A stretch of DNA of 64,000 bases from Candidatus Eiseniibacteriota bacterium. Lineage in GTDB: Bacteria; Eisenbacteria; RBG-16-71-46. Positions 41,101-49,730 of this stretch are shown in pieces. Position numbers and translations under genes: made by a program. Within the stretch, counting starts at the first letter, position 1, and every line of letters begins with the position of its first letter. The notes beneath the pieces are model-generated. The model saw only the letters and a program-made list of their open reading frames with translations, was not told the origin of the DNA and searched no databases. Where the stretch lies: assembly GCA_038231135.1 (NCBI GenBank), contig JBBRLX010000014.1, positions 1-64,000 of the forward strand, given 5' to 3'.

Positions 41101-41630
41101 TACAGGAGCCCGCGCTCGAACAGCGTCTTGAGCGACCACCACACGCTCTCGACGTAGCTCTGATGGTAGGTGACGTACGCCTCGTCGAGGTTCACCCAGA
41201 ATCCCATCCGGCGCGTCAGCTCCTCCCATTCGCGCGTGTAGCGGAACACGCTGTCGATGCACTTGCGGACGAACCGCTCGACGCCGTAGGCCTCGATGTC
41301 CTCCTTGGAGTGGATGCCGAGCTCCTTGCACACCTCGACCTCGACCGGCAGGCCGTGCGTGTCCCAGCCCGCCTTCCGCTCCACCAGCTCGCCGCGCATG
41401 GTGCGGTAGCGCGGGAACAGGTCCTTCATCGCGCGGGTCAGCGCGTGGCCCGGGTGCGGCATGCCGTTCGCGGTCGGCGGCCCTTCGTAGAACACGAACC
41501 GCGGGGCGTCCTTGCGATTCTCGAGCGAGCGGCCGAACACGTCGAACCGGTCCCAGAACTCGCGGACGCGTTTCTCGGCGGCGGGGAAGTCGAAGTTGGG
41601 CGGCAGCGGTTCGAACACGGGCAACTCCAT
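38136..41630 (-). CDS. ileS: Isoleucine--tRNA ligase, type 2
   Basis: FYEGPPTANGMPHPGH, GWDTHGLPVE, WTTTPWTL, DWALSRERFWGTPLP, DQTRGWFY, KMSKR; no C-terminal Zn finger. Confidence 0.96.
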   Translation of the reverse strand: MELPVFEPLPPNFDFPAAEKRVREFWDRFDVFGRSLENRKDAPRFVFYEGPPTANGMPHPGHALTRAMKDLFPRYRTMRGELVERKAGWDTHGLPVEVEVCKELGIHSKEDIEAYGVERFVRKCIDSVFRYTREWEELTRRMGFWVNLDEAYVTYHQSYVESVWWSLKTLFERGLLYQGHKVVWWWPQGGTALSAGEVGEGYRTVDDPSVFVKFPLLDTLSAAPGMPDAARTSLLVWTTTPWTLVSNHFAVVHPELDYALVQDPVDGERLVIAASLVDSVAKKVKRELAVLCTLKGSELLGLRYAPPFDIYAARTSLLPALPEGAPLAQRKAKLAAGGEATIGWRVLAAEFVTLDSGTGLVHEAPAFGEVDFELLQAERKRFTDPNAIPLLCAVKPDGTFSDDAPAAWRGRFIKECDKEISRDLKERNLLYHQEQIRHEYPFSPRAENDPLIQYARMSWFVRTSQFKGEFLKNNALMHWLPEHIKEGRFGDFLRNNVDWALSRERFWGTPLPIWVCERTHRMEAMGSFMELTSRPGATDGGFWDGKLAADATLPEHLRVHKPYIDEWTYDSPFAPGARMRRVRDVIDVWWDAGSMPFAQWGYPHVSGSAGLFKSRFPADFISEAIDQTRGWFYALLAIHTLLFGPAAETAAGEAASSSDSDPDSKTGTGAVAHRAAALPGGLQPHAYPIPFRTCIVLGFMLGEDGAKMSKRLRNYREPSQIFDLYGADAMRWYFFSAQVPWTTVRFQEQNIRDAHREFLVRLYNVFSFLVIYGNIDGFEPGAHARPVAERAELDRWIVSELHRTVRGVRDSLDRFENFPAARRLNDFVDALSNWYVRRSRPRFWSAEKAQDKWDAYGTLYECLLTLSKLLAPFTPFFAETLWQTLAGTGFRGETRGALPASVHLADFPVADGALIDEPLAELMEQVRDLVSAGRNARTAAKLKVRQPLALAEIIVSRAEQAERLQTHVGLIMEELNLKRVEFTTEGDKYVSYSVKPDLKLLGPKLGKRLPKLGAALAALDPAEVRRKLAADGSIEVVVDGEAVTLAQSEVFVRLEAKPGWSAGPGRSGVVVVSTELTPELLEEGQIRELIHHVQAERKDQDLPYEARIALRLAGPESLLGVVRRWEQTIATECLVESFDYRAGSEDGKAIDVEGVEARMAVEAV

Positions 41631-41760
41631 GAGGCCGGGCAGGGCTGAGGATGGAAGGGCTGGGTCCGGGGGAATCTAGACGACTTCCGCGCGAATCGTG
41701 AACTGCCCCGCAGGGATGGCTTCAGAGTCGGCGTGCGGGTGACGTATCTTCCCCGAATCG

Positions 41761-42019
41761 CACATCCGGACGTTCTCCCCCTATTACAACGTCCGTAAGG
41801 ACGCCGTGTACCCGCCCACGCTGTTCACGAGCTCCACGCGTGACGATCGCGTGCAACCCCGGCCATGCCCGCAAGACGGTGGCGAAGTTGGAGGCCCAGG
41901 GTCACGACGTGCTGTACTACGAGAACGTGGAAGGCGGCCACGCCGGCGCCTCGGACAACAAGCAGCAGGCGTTCATGAGCGCGCTGATCTATGGATTTCT
42001 GTGGGGGCGGTTGAGGTAA
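41761..42019 (+). pseudogene. Frameshifted C-terminal fragment of an S9 prolyl oligopeptidase
   Basis: FSPYYNV..YPPTLFTSSTRDDRV, one extra base near 41855, then GHARKTVAKLEAQGHDVLYYENVEGGHAG...FLWGRLR*; in-frame TGA upstream. Confidence 0.85.
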
Positions 42020-42075
42020 GGGGGTTCGTTCCGGCGCATCGCCCAACCCCCACACCTTCGCTTACACTCCGTCCC

Positions 42076-44766
42076 ATGGCCTTCTGCACCCAATGCGGCA
42101 CGACCGTCCCCGGCTCCGCGCGCTTCTGCCCGGCTTGCGGCGCCGAGCAGAGCTCGATGTCGCAGATGGCGACCGCCGTCTCGCCGGCCGGGAGCGCGGC
42201 GCCCGTCACGCCGTCGATTCCGATCGGGCGCCTCGACAGCTCGTCGTCGAGCGCCGGCGCGTTCGCCCCGGGCGCCGTGCTCGGCGGGCGCTACCGGATC
42301 ATCGGGTTGCTCGGCCGCGGCGGCATGGGCGAGGTGTACCGCGCCGACGACCTCAGGCTCGGCCAGCCGGTGTCGCTCAAGTTCCTGCCGCGATCGCTGG
42401 CGTCCAAGCCGGCGTTGCTCGAGCGGTTCAACGCCGAGGTGCGGCACGCGCGCCAGGTGTCGCACCCCAACGTGTGCCGGGTGTACGACATCGGCGAGAT
42501 CGACGGCCAGTCGTTCCTGACGATGGAGTACGTGGACGGCGAGGACCTCGCGACGCTGCTGCGCCGCATCGGGCGGCTGCCGGCCGCCAAGGCGAACGAG
42601 GTCGCCCGGCAGTTGTGCGCCGGGCTGTACGCCGCGCACGAACAGGGCGTACTGCACCGCGACTTGAAGCCGTCGAACGTGATGATCGACAACGAAGGCC
42701 GCGCGCGGATCACCGACTTCGGACTCGCAGTGCGCAGCGACGAGACCGTGGCGGGCGACACCTCGGGCACGCCGGCCTACATGGCGCCCGAGCAGTTCGA
42801 GGGCGGTGCGGCGACGGAGCGCAGCGACCTCTATTCGCTCGGGCTGATCCTGTACGAGATGTACACCGGGCAGCGGCCGTTCGAGGCGGCGAGCGCCGCG
42901 GAGTGGCGCACGCGCCACACGCGCGCCGAGCCCACGCTACCGTCGGCGGTGGACGCAGGCATCGACGACGCGGTCGAGCGCGCGATTCTGCGATGCCTCG
43001 AGAAGGATCCATCGCGGCGTCCGTCCTCGGCGCTGCAACTCGCGTCCGCTCTGCCGGGCGGCAATCCGCTGGCGGAGGCGCTCGCCGCGGGCGAGACGCC
43101 GTCGCCCGAGATGGTCGCGGCGGCCGGGGGAGAGGGCGGCTCCGCGCCGCGCGCGGCGTGGGTCAAGCTGCTGGGCGTGGTCGTGACGATCGTGGCGATC
43201 CTCATGCTGTCGCCGTATTCGAGCGATCTCGGCCTCGCGCCCTACACCAACAGCGCCGATGTGCTGCGGGATCGCGCCCGCGACGTGCTGGCCACGGCCG
43301 GCCTGACGGCCCGCCCCCAGGATTCCGATAGCTGGCTGCAACGCGACTACGTCCCGATTCACTACCTGTCGGTGCTCACTCCGTCCACCTGGTGGCGCAG
43401 GCACATGGCCGCCCAGGGACCGCCGATCTCGTTCACGTATCGGCAGAGCCCGCGCTGGATGGAGAACGACTGGACGGCGCGTGTCGCGTACGACGATCCG
43501 GCCTACGAGGTGTCGGGCATGGGAACCGTGACGCTCGACGGCAAGGCGCGGCTGCGATTGCTGAGGATCGTCCCGCCGCAGCTCGATTCCACCGCGACCG
43601 CCGCCTCCCCGCCGGACTGGGCGCCGCTGTTCCGTGACGCCGGCCTCGATGCGGGCCGGTTCCATGCCGTCGTTCCTATATGGCTGTCTCCCGAGGCGTT
43701 CGACACACGGTCGGAGTGGACCGGGCCGGCGCCGTGGGATTCGTCGACGGCGCTGCGGGTGTCCGCCGCGGGGTTCCATGGCAAACCGGTGTACTTCGAG
43801 GTGTTCGGCCCCTGGTCGCGGCCGCAGCGCATGCTCGAAACGAAAGGGACCACGTCGGCATCGATCGCCGGGGCCATGATCCCGATCGCGATCACGTTGA
43901 TGCTGGTGGTGGGCGTGTTCTTCGCCCGCCGCAACCTGGCGCTCGGTCGCGGGGACCGCCGGGGAGCGCTGCGGCTCGCGTGGTTCCTGTTCGTGATGGC
44001 GATGCTGTCGTTCTTCCTCCGCGGTCATCACCTGGGCGACTTCAGCCTCGAGTTCGGCACGCTCATCGCCAGTATCGCCCGCGCGCTGCTGGCCTCGAGC
44101 ATCATCTCGATGCTGTACCTCGCGCTCGAACCCTACGTGCGCCGCCGCATGCCCGAGCTGCTGATCGGCTGGGCGCGGCTGCTCGAGGGTCGCACGCGCG
44201 ATCCGCGCATCGGGCGCGACGTAATGATCGGCGCATGGATCGGCAGCCTCGTCGCGCTGGTGGTCCACGTGACGAACGCGCTCCCGACGTGGATCCCGTT
44301 CCTGGGGCAGACGCCGTTGTCCCCCAATGTGGACGCGATGTACGGCGGCCGACGGTTCCTGGCGGTGCTGTTCTCGCTGCCGATCAACACGCTGGTGACG
44401 GCAACCCTGCTGTTCAGCGTGCTGTTCGTGCTGCGGGTCGTGCTCCGCCAGCCGCGGCTGGCCGTGGCGGGACTGATGGTGTTCATCACGCTGTCGGCGC
44501 TGGGCGGGGAGAACTTCGCGCTCGAGACGCCCGGCGCCGTGGTGATGGGTGCCTTGATGACGCTCGCGCTCGCGCGTTTCGGGCTGCTCACCGCCGTGAC
44601 CGCGACGCTGTTCCAGACCGCGCTCACGTTCATCCCGCTGCCGCTGGACTTCACGGCGCCGTACGCCACGTCCACGATCGTGACGCTCGTGGTGCTGCTC
44701 GCACTCACGCTGTATGCGTTCCGCATTTCGCTGGGATCGCAGAAGCTGTTCACGCTCGAGGATTGA
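42076..44766 (+). CDS. Hanks-type Ser/Thr kinase with N-terminal Zn ribbon, extracytoplasmic domain and multi-TM C-terminus
   Basis: CTQC..CPAC; GRGGMGEVY, HRDLKPSN, DFG, GTPAYMAPE; one TM, a soluble domain, then roughly eight TM helices. Confidence 0.92.
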   Translation: MAFCTQCGTTVPGSARFCPACGAEQSSMSQMATAVSPAGSAAPVTPSIPIGRLDSSSSSAGAFAPGAVLGGRYRIIGLLGRGGMGEVYRADDLRLGQPVSLKFLPRSLASKPALLERFNAEVRHARQVSHPNVCRVYDIGEIDGQSFLTMEYVDGEDLATLLRRIGRLPAAKANEVARQLCAGLYAAHEQGVLHRDLKPSNVMIDNEGRARITDFGLAVRSDETVAGDTSGTPAYMAPEQFEGGAATERSDLYSLGLILYEMYTGQRPFEAASAAEWRTRHTRAEPTLPSAVDAGIDDAVERAILRCLEKDPSRRPSSALQLASALPGGNPLAEALAAGETPSPEMVAAAGGEGGSAPRAAWVKLLGVVVTIVAILMLSPYSSDLGLAPYTNSADVLRDRARDVLATAGLTARPQDSDSWLQRDYVPIHYLSVLTPSTWWRRHMAAQGPPISFTYRQSPRWMENDWTARVAYDDPAYEVSGMGTVTLDGKARLRLLRIVPPQLDSTATAASPPDWAPLFRDAGLDAGRFHAVVPIWLSPEAFDTRSEWTGPAPWDSSTALRVSAAGFHGKPVYFEVFGPWSRPQRMLETKGTTSASIAGAMIPIAITLMLVVGVFFARRNLALGRGDRRGALRLAWFLFVMAMLSFFLRGHHLGDFSLEFGTLIASIARALLASSIISMLYLALEPYVRRRMPELLIGWARLLEGRTRDPRIGRDVMIGAWIGSLVALVVHVTNALPTWIPFLGQTPLSPNVDAMYGGRRFLAVLFSLPINTLVTATLLFSVLFVLRVVLRQPRLAVAGLMVFITLSALGGENFALETPGAVVMGALMTLALARFGLLTAVTATLFQTALTFIPLPLDFTAPYATSTIVTLVVLLALTLYAFRISLGSQKLFTLED

Positions 44767-44842
44767 GGCGGCGGCGGGGCGCGCGGCGCTCCCCGGCTCG
44801 TCGAGGGGACGGGATGTGCCGGTGGGATCGCCAACGTGCCGC

Positions 44843-45799
44843 CTATTTCGCGCCGCCCCCGTAGTGTTCCCGCGCCCATGCCACGGTCTCCCGCGCGCCG
44901 GCATCGAGCGGCGTGGCGGACGCGCCGAACCGCTCGCGGAACCGCCGGTCGTCGCAGATGAACGGTACCTCCCATTGATACGCCATCTCCGACAACTCGC
45001 GCATCATCGGCGCGAACAGGCTCATCGCCTGCAACACAATCCGCGGGACGCGCTGCGTGCGGATGTCGCGGCCGAGGGCCGTCCCCAGCCGCCGCACCAT
45101 GCCGTTCGTGGTGTCGGCAGGGGCGCACGGCAGCATCCACCAGCCGCCACAGGCGTCGTCGGGAGCCTCCCCGAGCGTGGCGAGTCCGTCCGCGACGTCG
45201 CGCGTGAAGTGATAGGTGTGGGGCACGTCCGGGTTCACGACGAGTTGCGCGGGCTTGCCCTCGAGTACGCGCGGCCAGAAAAAGTCGCCAAAGTAGCTCT
45301 GCGTGCCGCCGGGACCGTAGAAGTCGGCGGCACGTCCAGCGACCGCGCGCACGGCGCCGCGCCGGTGCGCGTCGAATAGCAGGTCGGCGACGCGCGCCCG
45401 CACCTCGCCCTTGCGGCTCGCCGGCTGCGGTGGTGTCGCCTCGTTCATCGGGCCCGCCGGCCGCCCCAGCATGTAGAGATTGTCGAGCACCACGAGTCGC
45501 GCGCCGGTTCCGCCGGCGGCCGCGATCAGGCTCGTCATGATGCGCGGCAATTCCACGGCCCAGACGGGCAGGCTGTACGCCGGGTTCATACAGTGGTAGA
45601 CGGCCGCCGCCCCGCGCGAGACACCCGCCGCGAACGCCATGTCGCCGGCGTCGCCGGCCACGACCTCAATGCCGTCGACCGGCCGGCCCGCCGTGCGGCG
45701 GACGATGCGGACGTCGTGACCCCGGGCGGCGAGCGACCGCGCCAGGTGAGGGCCGATCTGGCCGGCGCCGAAGATCACGTGGAGCGAACGGGGGCCCAT
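44843..45799 (-). CDS. NAD-dependent epimerase/dehydratase family protein (atypical SDR)
   Basis: HVIFGAGQIG, DNLYM, SRKG, ADFYGP. Confidence 0.85.
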   Translation of the reverse strand: MGPRSLHVIFGAGQIGPHLARSLAARGHDVRIVRRTAGRPVDGIEVVAGDAGDMAFAAGVSRGAAAVYHCMNPAYSLPVWAVELPRIMTSLIAAAGGTGARLVVLDNLYMLGRPAGPMNEATPPQPASRKGEVRARVADLLFDAHRRGAVRAVAGRAADFYGPGGTQSYFGDFFWPRVLEGKPAQLVVNPDVPHTYHFTRDVADGLATLGEAPDDACGGWWMLPCAPADTTNGMVRRLGTALGRDIRTQRVPRIVLQAMSLFAPMMRELSEMAYQWEVPFICDDRRFRERFGASATPLDAGARETVAWAREHYGGGAK

Positions 45800-45866
45800 G
45801 GTCGGGCAGAGTACACGGGATGAGCGTCAAGCACAGGTTCGGACGGGCCGATGCTACTATTCCATC

Positions 45867-47453
45867 ATGTCCCGAGCCCCGTCCCGCATGGATCTGCACG
45901 CCGGTCCCTACCTGGCCGAGCCGCGGGTCCGCGGCGAGTGGCGGCTGCGCGCGCATCCCCGGGTGTGGGCCATCAGTGCCGGGCTCCGCTCGCTCCACGT
46001 CGCGCTGGATTTCGCGATGGTATTCGCGAGCTGGTACGCCACGCTCTGGATCATCTCGGGAGTGATGCACGTGCAGCTCGTCGTGCCGTGGGTCGTGAGC
46101 CCGGCGGTGCCGCTGTGCCTGTCGGTGTTCGTGCTGTTCTTCATGCAGTCGATGAACGCCTACCGCGACCGGAGGTTCATCACCGATCCCGGCGACTGGC
46201 TGAACGTGCTGATCGCCGCCGGGCTCAGCGTGGCGACCGCCCTGGTGTTCGCGATCCTGCTGCACGTGGTCGACGTCACCCAGATCTCGCGGCGGCTGGT
46301 GATTGGCCATGCCGTGCTGCTCGGCATCGGGCTCCTGCTCGACCGGCAGGTGATGCGCGCGATCCGCAACCGGCTGCGCCGCCGTGGCCACGACGTGCGG
46401 CGCGTGCTGCTGGTCGGCTCGGGCTCCGGTGCGCGCCGCGTGCGCGATCACATGCGCAAGCATCCTTCGAACGGCATGCACTACGTGGGCACGCTCGGCG
46501 TGCGGCGCAAACGCGATCGCGGCCGCCCGGCGCCGGTCGTGGCCGCGCCGCCTTTGACTGTGGCGGCGCCGGTCGACGCGAACGCCGCCGACAGCGGAGC
46601 GTCCGAGCCCGAGTTCGACCTCGAACGGCTGGCCCGCGTCGCGCGCCGGCTCGAGGTGGACGAGGTGATCGTGGCGTGGCCGGAGGCGCCGCTCGAGCGC
46701 ACGATCCCGCTGATCGTCAAGCTCGACCGCCTGCACGTGCGTGTGCGCATCCTGCACCCGTCGTTCCACATGCTGTCGGAGCGCCTGCCGATGCACTTCG
46801 AGACAGTGCACGGCGAGCCCATGGTGGAGATCAGCCCGTATCACGGTGGCGCGCTGCGCTCCGGGCTCAAGCGGACGTTCGACTTCCTGTTCGGAACGCT
46901 CGCGCTGGTCGCGAGCCTGCCCCTGTGGCTCGTGATCGGCCTGGTGATCCGGCTGCAGGACGGCGGGCCGGTGTTCTACCGGCAGCCGCGCGTGACGCGG
47001 GGCGGCCGCACGTTCCGGCTGCTCAAGTTCCGCACGATGATCCCCGACGCCGATCAGCGGCTCGACGAGATCGCGCACCTCAACATGCGCGAAGGCCCGA
47101 TGTTCAAGGTGCCCGACGACCCGCGCTGCACACCCGCCGGGCGCTGGCTGCGGCGCTACCGGCTCGACGAGTTGCCGCAGTTCATCAACGTTTTGCGCGG
47201 CGAAATCGGGGTGGTGGGCACCCGCCCGCCGCTGGTGCGCGAGGTGGAGCAGTACTGGCCGTGGCAGACGGTGCGGCTGCGCCGCTGGATCGGCATCACG
47301 GGCCTGTGGCAGATCTGCGGCCGCGACGACGTCACGTTCGACGAGGTCGTGCTGTTCGACCTGTTCTACGACCGCAATACCAATTTCTTCCTCGATGTCG
47401 CGATCATCTGGAAGACGATCGGCGTCGTGCTGAGCGGCCGCGGCGGCTACTGA
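45867..47453 (+). CDS. Polyprenyl-phosphate glycosylphosphotransferase (WcaJ/WbaP-type priming GT)
   Basis: N-terminal TMs; KRTFD, LKFRTM, DDPR, LDELPQFINVLRG, GITGLWQ. Confidence 0.92.
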   Translation: MSRAPSRMDLHAGPYLAEPRVRGEWRLRAHPRVWAISAGLRSLHVALDFAMVFASWYATLWIISGVMHVQLVVPWVVSPAVPLCLSVFVLFFMQSMNAYRDRRFITDPGDWLNVLIAAGLSVATALVFAILLHVVDVTQISRRLVIGHAVLLGIGLLLDRQVMRAIRNRLRRRGHDVRRVLLVGSGSGARRVRDHMRKHPSNGMHYVGTLGVRRKRDRGRPAPVVAAPPLTVAAPVDANAADSGASEPEFDLERLARVARRLEVDEVIVAWPEAPLERTIPLIVKLDRLHVRVRILHPSFHMLSERLPMHFETVHGEPMVEISPYHGGALRSGLKRTFDFLFGTLALVASLPLWLVIGLVIRLQDGGPVFYRQPRVTRGGRTFRLLKFRTMIPDADQRLDEIAHLNMREGPMFKVPDDPRCTPAGRWLRRYRLDELPQFINVLRGEIGVVGTRPPLVREVEQYWPWQTVRLRRWIGITGLWQICGRDDVTFDEVVLFDLFYDRNTNFFLDVAIIWKTIGVVLSGRGGY

Positions 47454-48256
47454 AGCGCCGGTGTCGCCGGTCGCTTCGGCAATCCCCGCCACTTCGCCAC
47501 GAATTTGAGGAACGATCCCGCGTGCGCCGCCGCGGCCGCCGAGCCCAGGCGCCGGCTCGCGCGCACGTGCGCGTGTCGGGCCGTCAGCGACGGGTCGTAG
47601 CGCACGCGCCAGCCGCGCCGCCACAGGTCCATGCACAGGTCCACGTCCTCGAAGTACAGGAAGTAGCGCGGATCGAACACCGGCTCCGGGCCTTCGGGAT
47701 CGCGGAGCGCCGCGCGTCTCAAGAACAGCGCCGCCCCCAGCAGCCAGTCGACGTCCGCGGGGACTCCCGGCGTGTCATCCATCATCAGGTGCTCGCGCCA
47801 GAACCCCGGTGCGTCGCGGCGGTCGCGGCCCGGAATCCGCGCGTACAGCGCCGCGGCCCAGGTGTAGAACCGGCGCGCGGTGCGCTGCGGCGCGCCATCG
47901 AAGCCGGTCAGCCGCGGGCCGAGCGCGCCCAGCGTGGGATCCGACTCGAGCCGCGCGAGGCCGGCATCGAGCATCGGGCCGTCGAACTCGAGATCGGGGT
48001 TCGCGAGGAACAGCACCGGCGACCGCGCCATGCGGGCGGCGGCGTTCACGCCGCGGCCGAACCCGAGATTGGGCTGCTCGATCACCCGCGTACGCGATTC
48101 CAGCGCGGGGATCGGCGCCACGCGCTGGGACGGAGAATGGTTCACCACGATCCATTCGTAGTCGGCGGCGGGGGGTTTCGCCGCCAGCACGCGCTGCGCC
48201 TCGGCCAGCGCGGAAGCATTGTGATACGAGACGGTGAGGATCGAGACCGCCGTCAT
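47447..48256 (-). CDS. Glycosyltransferase family 2 (WbbL-like)
   Basis: NLGFGRGVN, ANPD, DWLLGA, FDPRYFLYFEDVDLC. Confidence 0.9.
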   Translation of the reverse strand: MTAVSILTVSYHNASALAEAQRVLAAKPPAADYEWIVVNHSPSQRVAPIPALESRTRVIEQPNLGFGRGVNAAARMARSPVLFLANPDLEFDGPMLDAGLARLESDPTLGALGPRLTGFDGAPQRTARRFYTWAAALYARIPGRDRRDAPGFWREHLMMDDTPGVPADVDWLLGAALFLRRAALRDPEGPEPVFDPRYFLYFEDVDLCMDLWRRGWRVRYDPSLTARHAHVRASRRLGSAAAAAHAGSFLKFVAKWRGLPKRPATPALQ

Positions 48257-49107
48257 GCCGCCGGCCACACTTGCACCAGCGTGACGATCAGCGCCGCCGC
48301 GAGCCCGGCATAGCCGAGGCCAATCGCGAGACGCTGGCCAGCCGGAATGTCGTGGTAGCCGGGAACCGGATGGCGCCAGCGCTGCACCAGCGTCCAGGCG
48401 CCGAGCAGCAACGCGAGGAACAGGATCGGCGACGGCCACACGATCAGCGTCGCGATGCCGAGCGCGTAGCCCACGATCCAGTAGCGGCGCGTGAACGCCC
48501 CCGCGATGCGGCCGCCGTCGAGCGGCGGCACCGGGAGCAGGTTGAACAGGTTGAGCACGACGCCCGCGTGCGCGATGCCGAGCAGCATCGGGCGGTGCAG
48601 CAGCATGCCGGCGGCGAGCACGGCCCAGGCGCCGAGCGAGCCCAGCACTGGGCCGCCGATCGCGACGCGCGCCTCCATGGCCGCATCGCGCGGCATGCGG
48701 TGCATCGTCACGAGCGCACCCACGAACGGTATGAACACCGGCGCCCCGAACGGAATGCCTTCGTGCTTCAGCACGATCGCGTGGCCCAGCTCGTGGACGA
48801 AGATCAGCAGCACGAACCCCAGTGCGAATGGGAATCCCCACTGGGTGGCATAGAGCCCGATCGACAGCGCCATCGTGACCAGCGTCTTGAGCTTGAGCAC
48901 GCCGGCGAGCACGCCGAGGAACTTGAGCTTGGAGGCGAGCATCGCGAGCGCCCCGCCGATGCCGCCGATCGTGGTGTTGCGCACCTTGTGGTGCGGGGCG
49001 TCCGGCACGGGCTCGGGCGGGCCCTGCGGCGGCGGCGGAGTGCGCAGGTTGCGATAAACCGCCTGGAGGTTCTCCACGTGCCGCTGCCGGGGGTCGACAC
49101 CACTCAT
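48253..49107 (-). CDS. Site-2 protease (M50) intramembrane metalloprotease
   Basis: HELGH, FIPFVGA, GGP, NLLPVPPLDGGR. Confidence 0.92.
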   Translation of the reverse strand: MSGVDPRQRHVENLQAVYRNLRTPPPPQGPPEPVPDAPHHKVRNTTIGGIGGALAMLASKLKFLGVLAGVLKLKTLVTMALSIGLYATQWGFPFALGFVLLIFVHELGHAIVLKHEGIPFGAPVFIPFVGALVTMHRMPRDAAMEARVAIGGPVLGSLGAWAVLAAGMLLHRPMLLGIAHAGVVLNLFNLLPVPPLDGGRIAGAFTRRYWIVGYALGIATLIVWPSPILFLALLLGAWTLVQRWRHPVPGYHDIPAGQRLAIGLGYAGLAAALIVTLVQVWPAA

Positions 49108-49730
49108 GCCGTGCCGGCGCTCCGGGCGGGGAGCACGAGCGGCCGCGGGATCTTCCAGGCCTCGTAGACGAGGATCGCCCCGAACACCAGGTCCATCAAG
49201 CCGAAATTCGTCGACACGACTCTGAAGAACAGTGCTGCGCTCTGCGGCACCACCGCGACCCGGAACGCGTCGCCCTGGCGGGCGAGCGCCGCGTTGATGA
49301 ACGTGCGGTTCACGAGGTAGGTGGCGACGGCGAAGCTCGCGAGCGACACACCGATCGCGAGCGCCTGCAGCCCGGCCGAGCGCTTGCCGCCGGCGAACCG
49401 CACCGCGCCCTGTCCGACCAGGAACCCGATCGCCACCGCGATGAGCCCGAAGCTGATGTGAGTGAGCACCGTGAAGCCCCACCACAGCAGCGTGCCCGCG
49501 ACGCCGCCCAGCACCGCGCCCAGCGTGGCGCGCGGATAGTCGACGTCGGCCGACAGCTCGGCGACCGCATGCTCGACCTCGGCGCGCAACGTGTCGTAGC
49601 AGGCCCGGCAGAACGACCGGTCGCCGGTGTCGACGCGGTCGCCAACCGTGAGCGCACGGTCACAGCGGGCGCACAGCGCGGGCGCGGCGGGTGGGCCCGC
49701 CGGAGCGACGAGCCCGGCGCCCGGAGTCAC
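49104..49730 (-). CDS. Membrane protein with N-terminal CxxC...CxxC Zn finger
   Basis: CARC..FCRAC followed by about four TM helices; 4-nt overlaps with both neighbours. Confidence 0.75.
   Translation of the reverse strand: MTPGAGLVAPAGPPAAPALCARCDRALTVGDRVDTGDRSFCRACYDTLRAEVEHAVAELSADVDYPRATLGAVLGGVAGTLLWWGFTVLTHISFGLIAVAIGFLVGQGAVRFAGGKRSAGLQALAIGVSLASFAVATYLVNRTFINAALARQGDAFRVAVVPQSAALFFRVVSTNFGLMDLVFGAILVYEAWKIPRPLVLPARSAGTA

Noticed and set aside
41668..41740. Cobalamin riboswitch-like words (GGGAATC...GCGAATC...GAACTGCCCCGCAG)
   Set aside because: Stems pair poorly, there is no B12 box, and no B12-related gene lies downstream.
41631..41800. T-box leader for ileS
   Set aside because: No T-box consensus or terminator/antiterminator seen on the minus strand.
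41806..42075. N-terminal 90 aa of the 986-aa kinase ORF as a real fusion
   Set aside because: Produced by the frameshifted S9 relic; the Zn-ribbon start at 42076 is more plausible.
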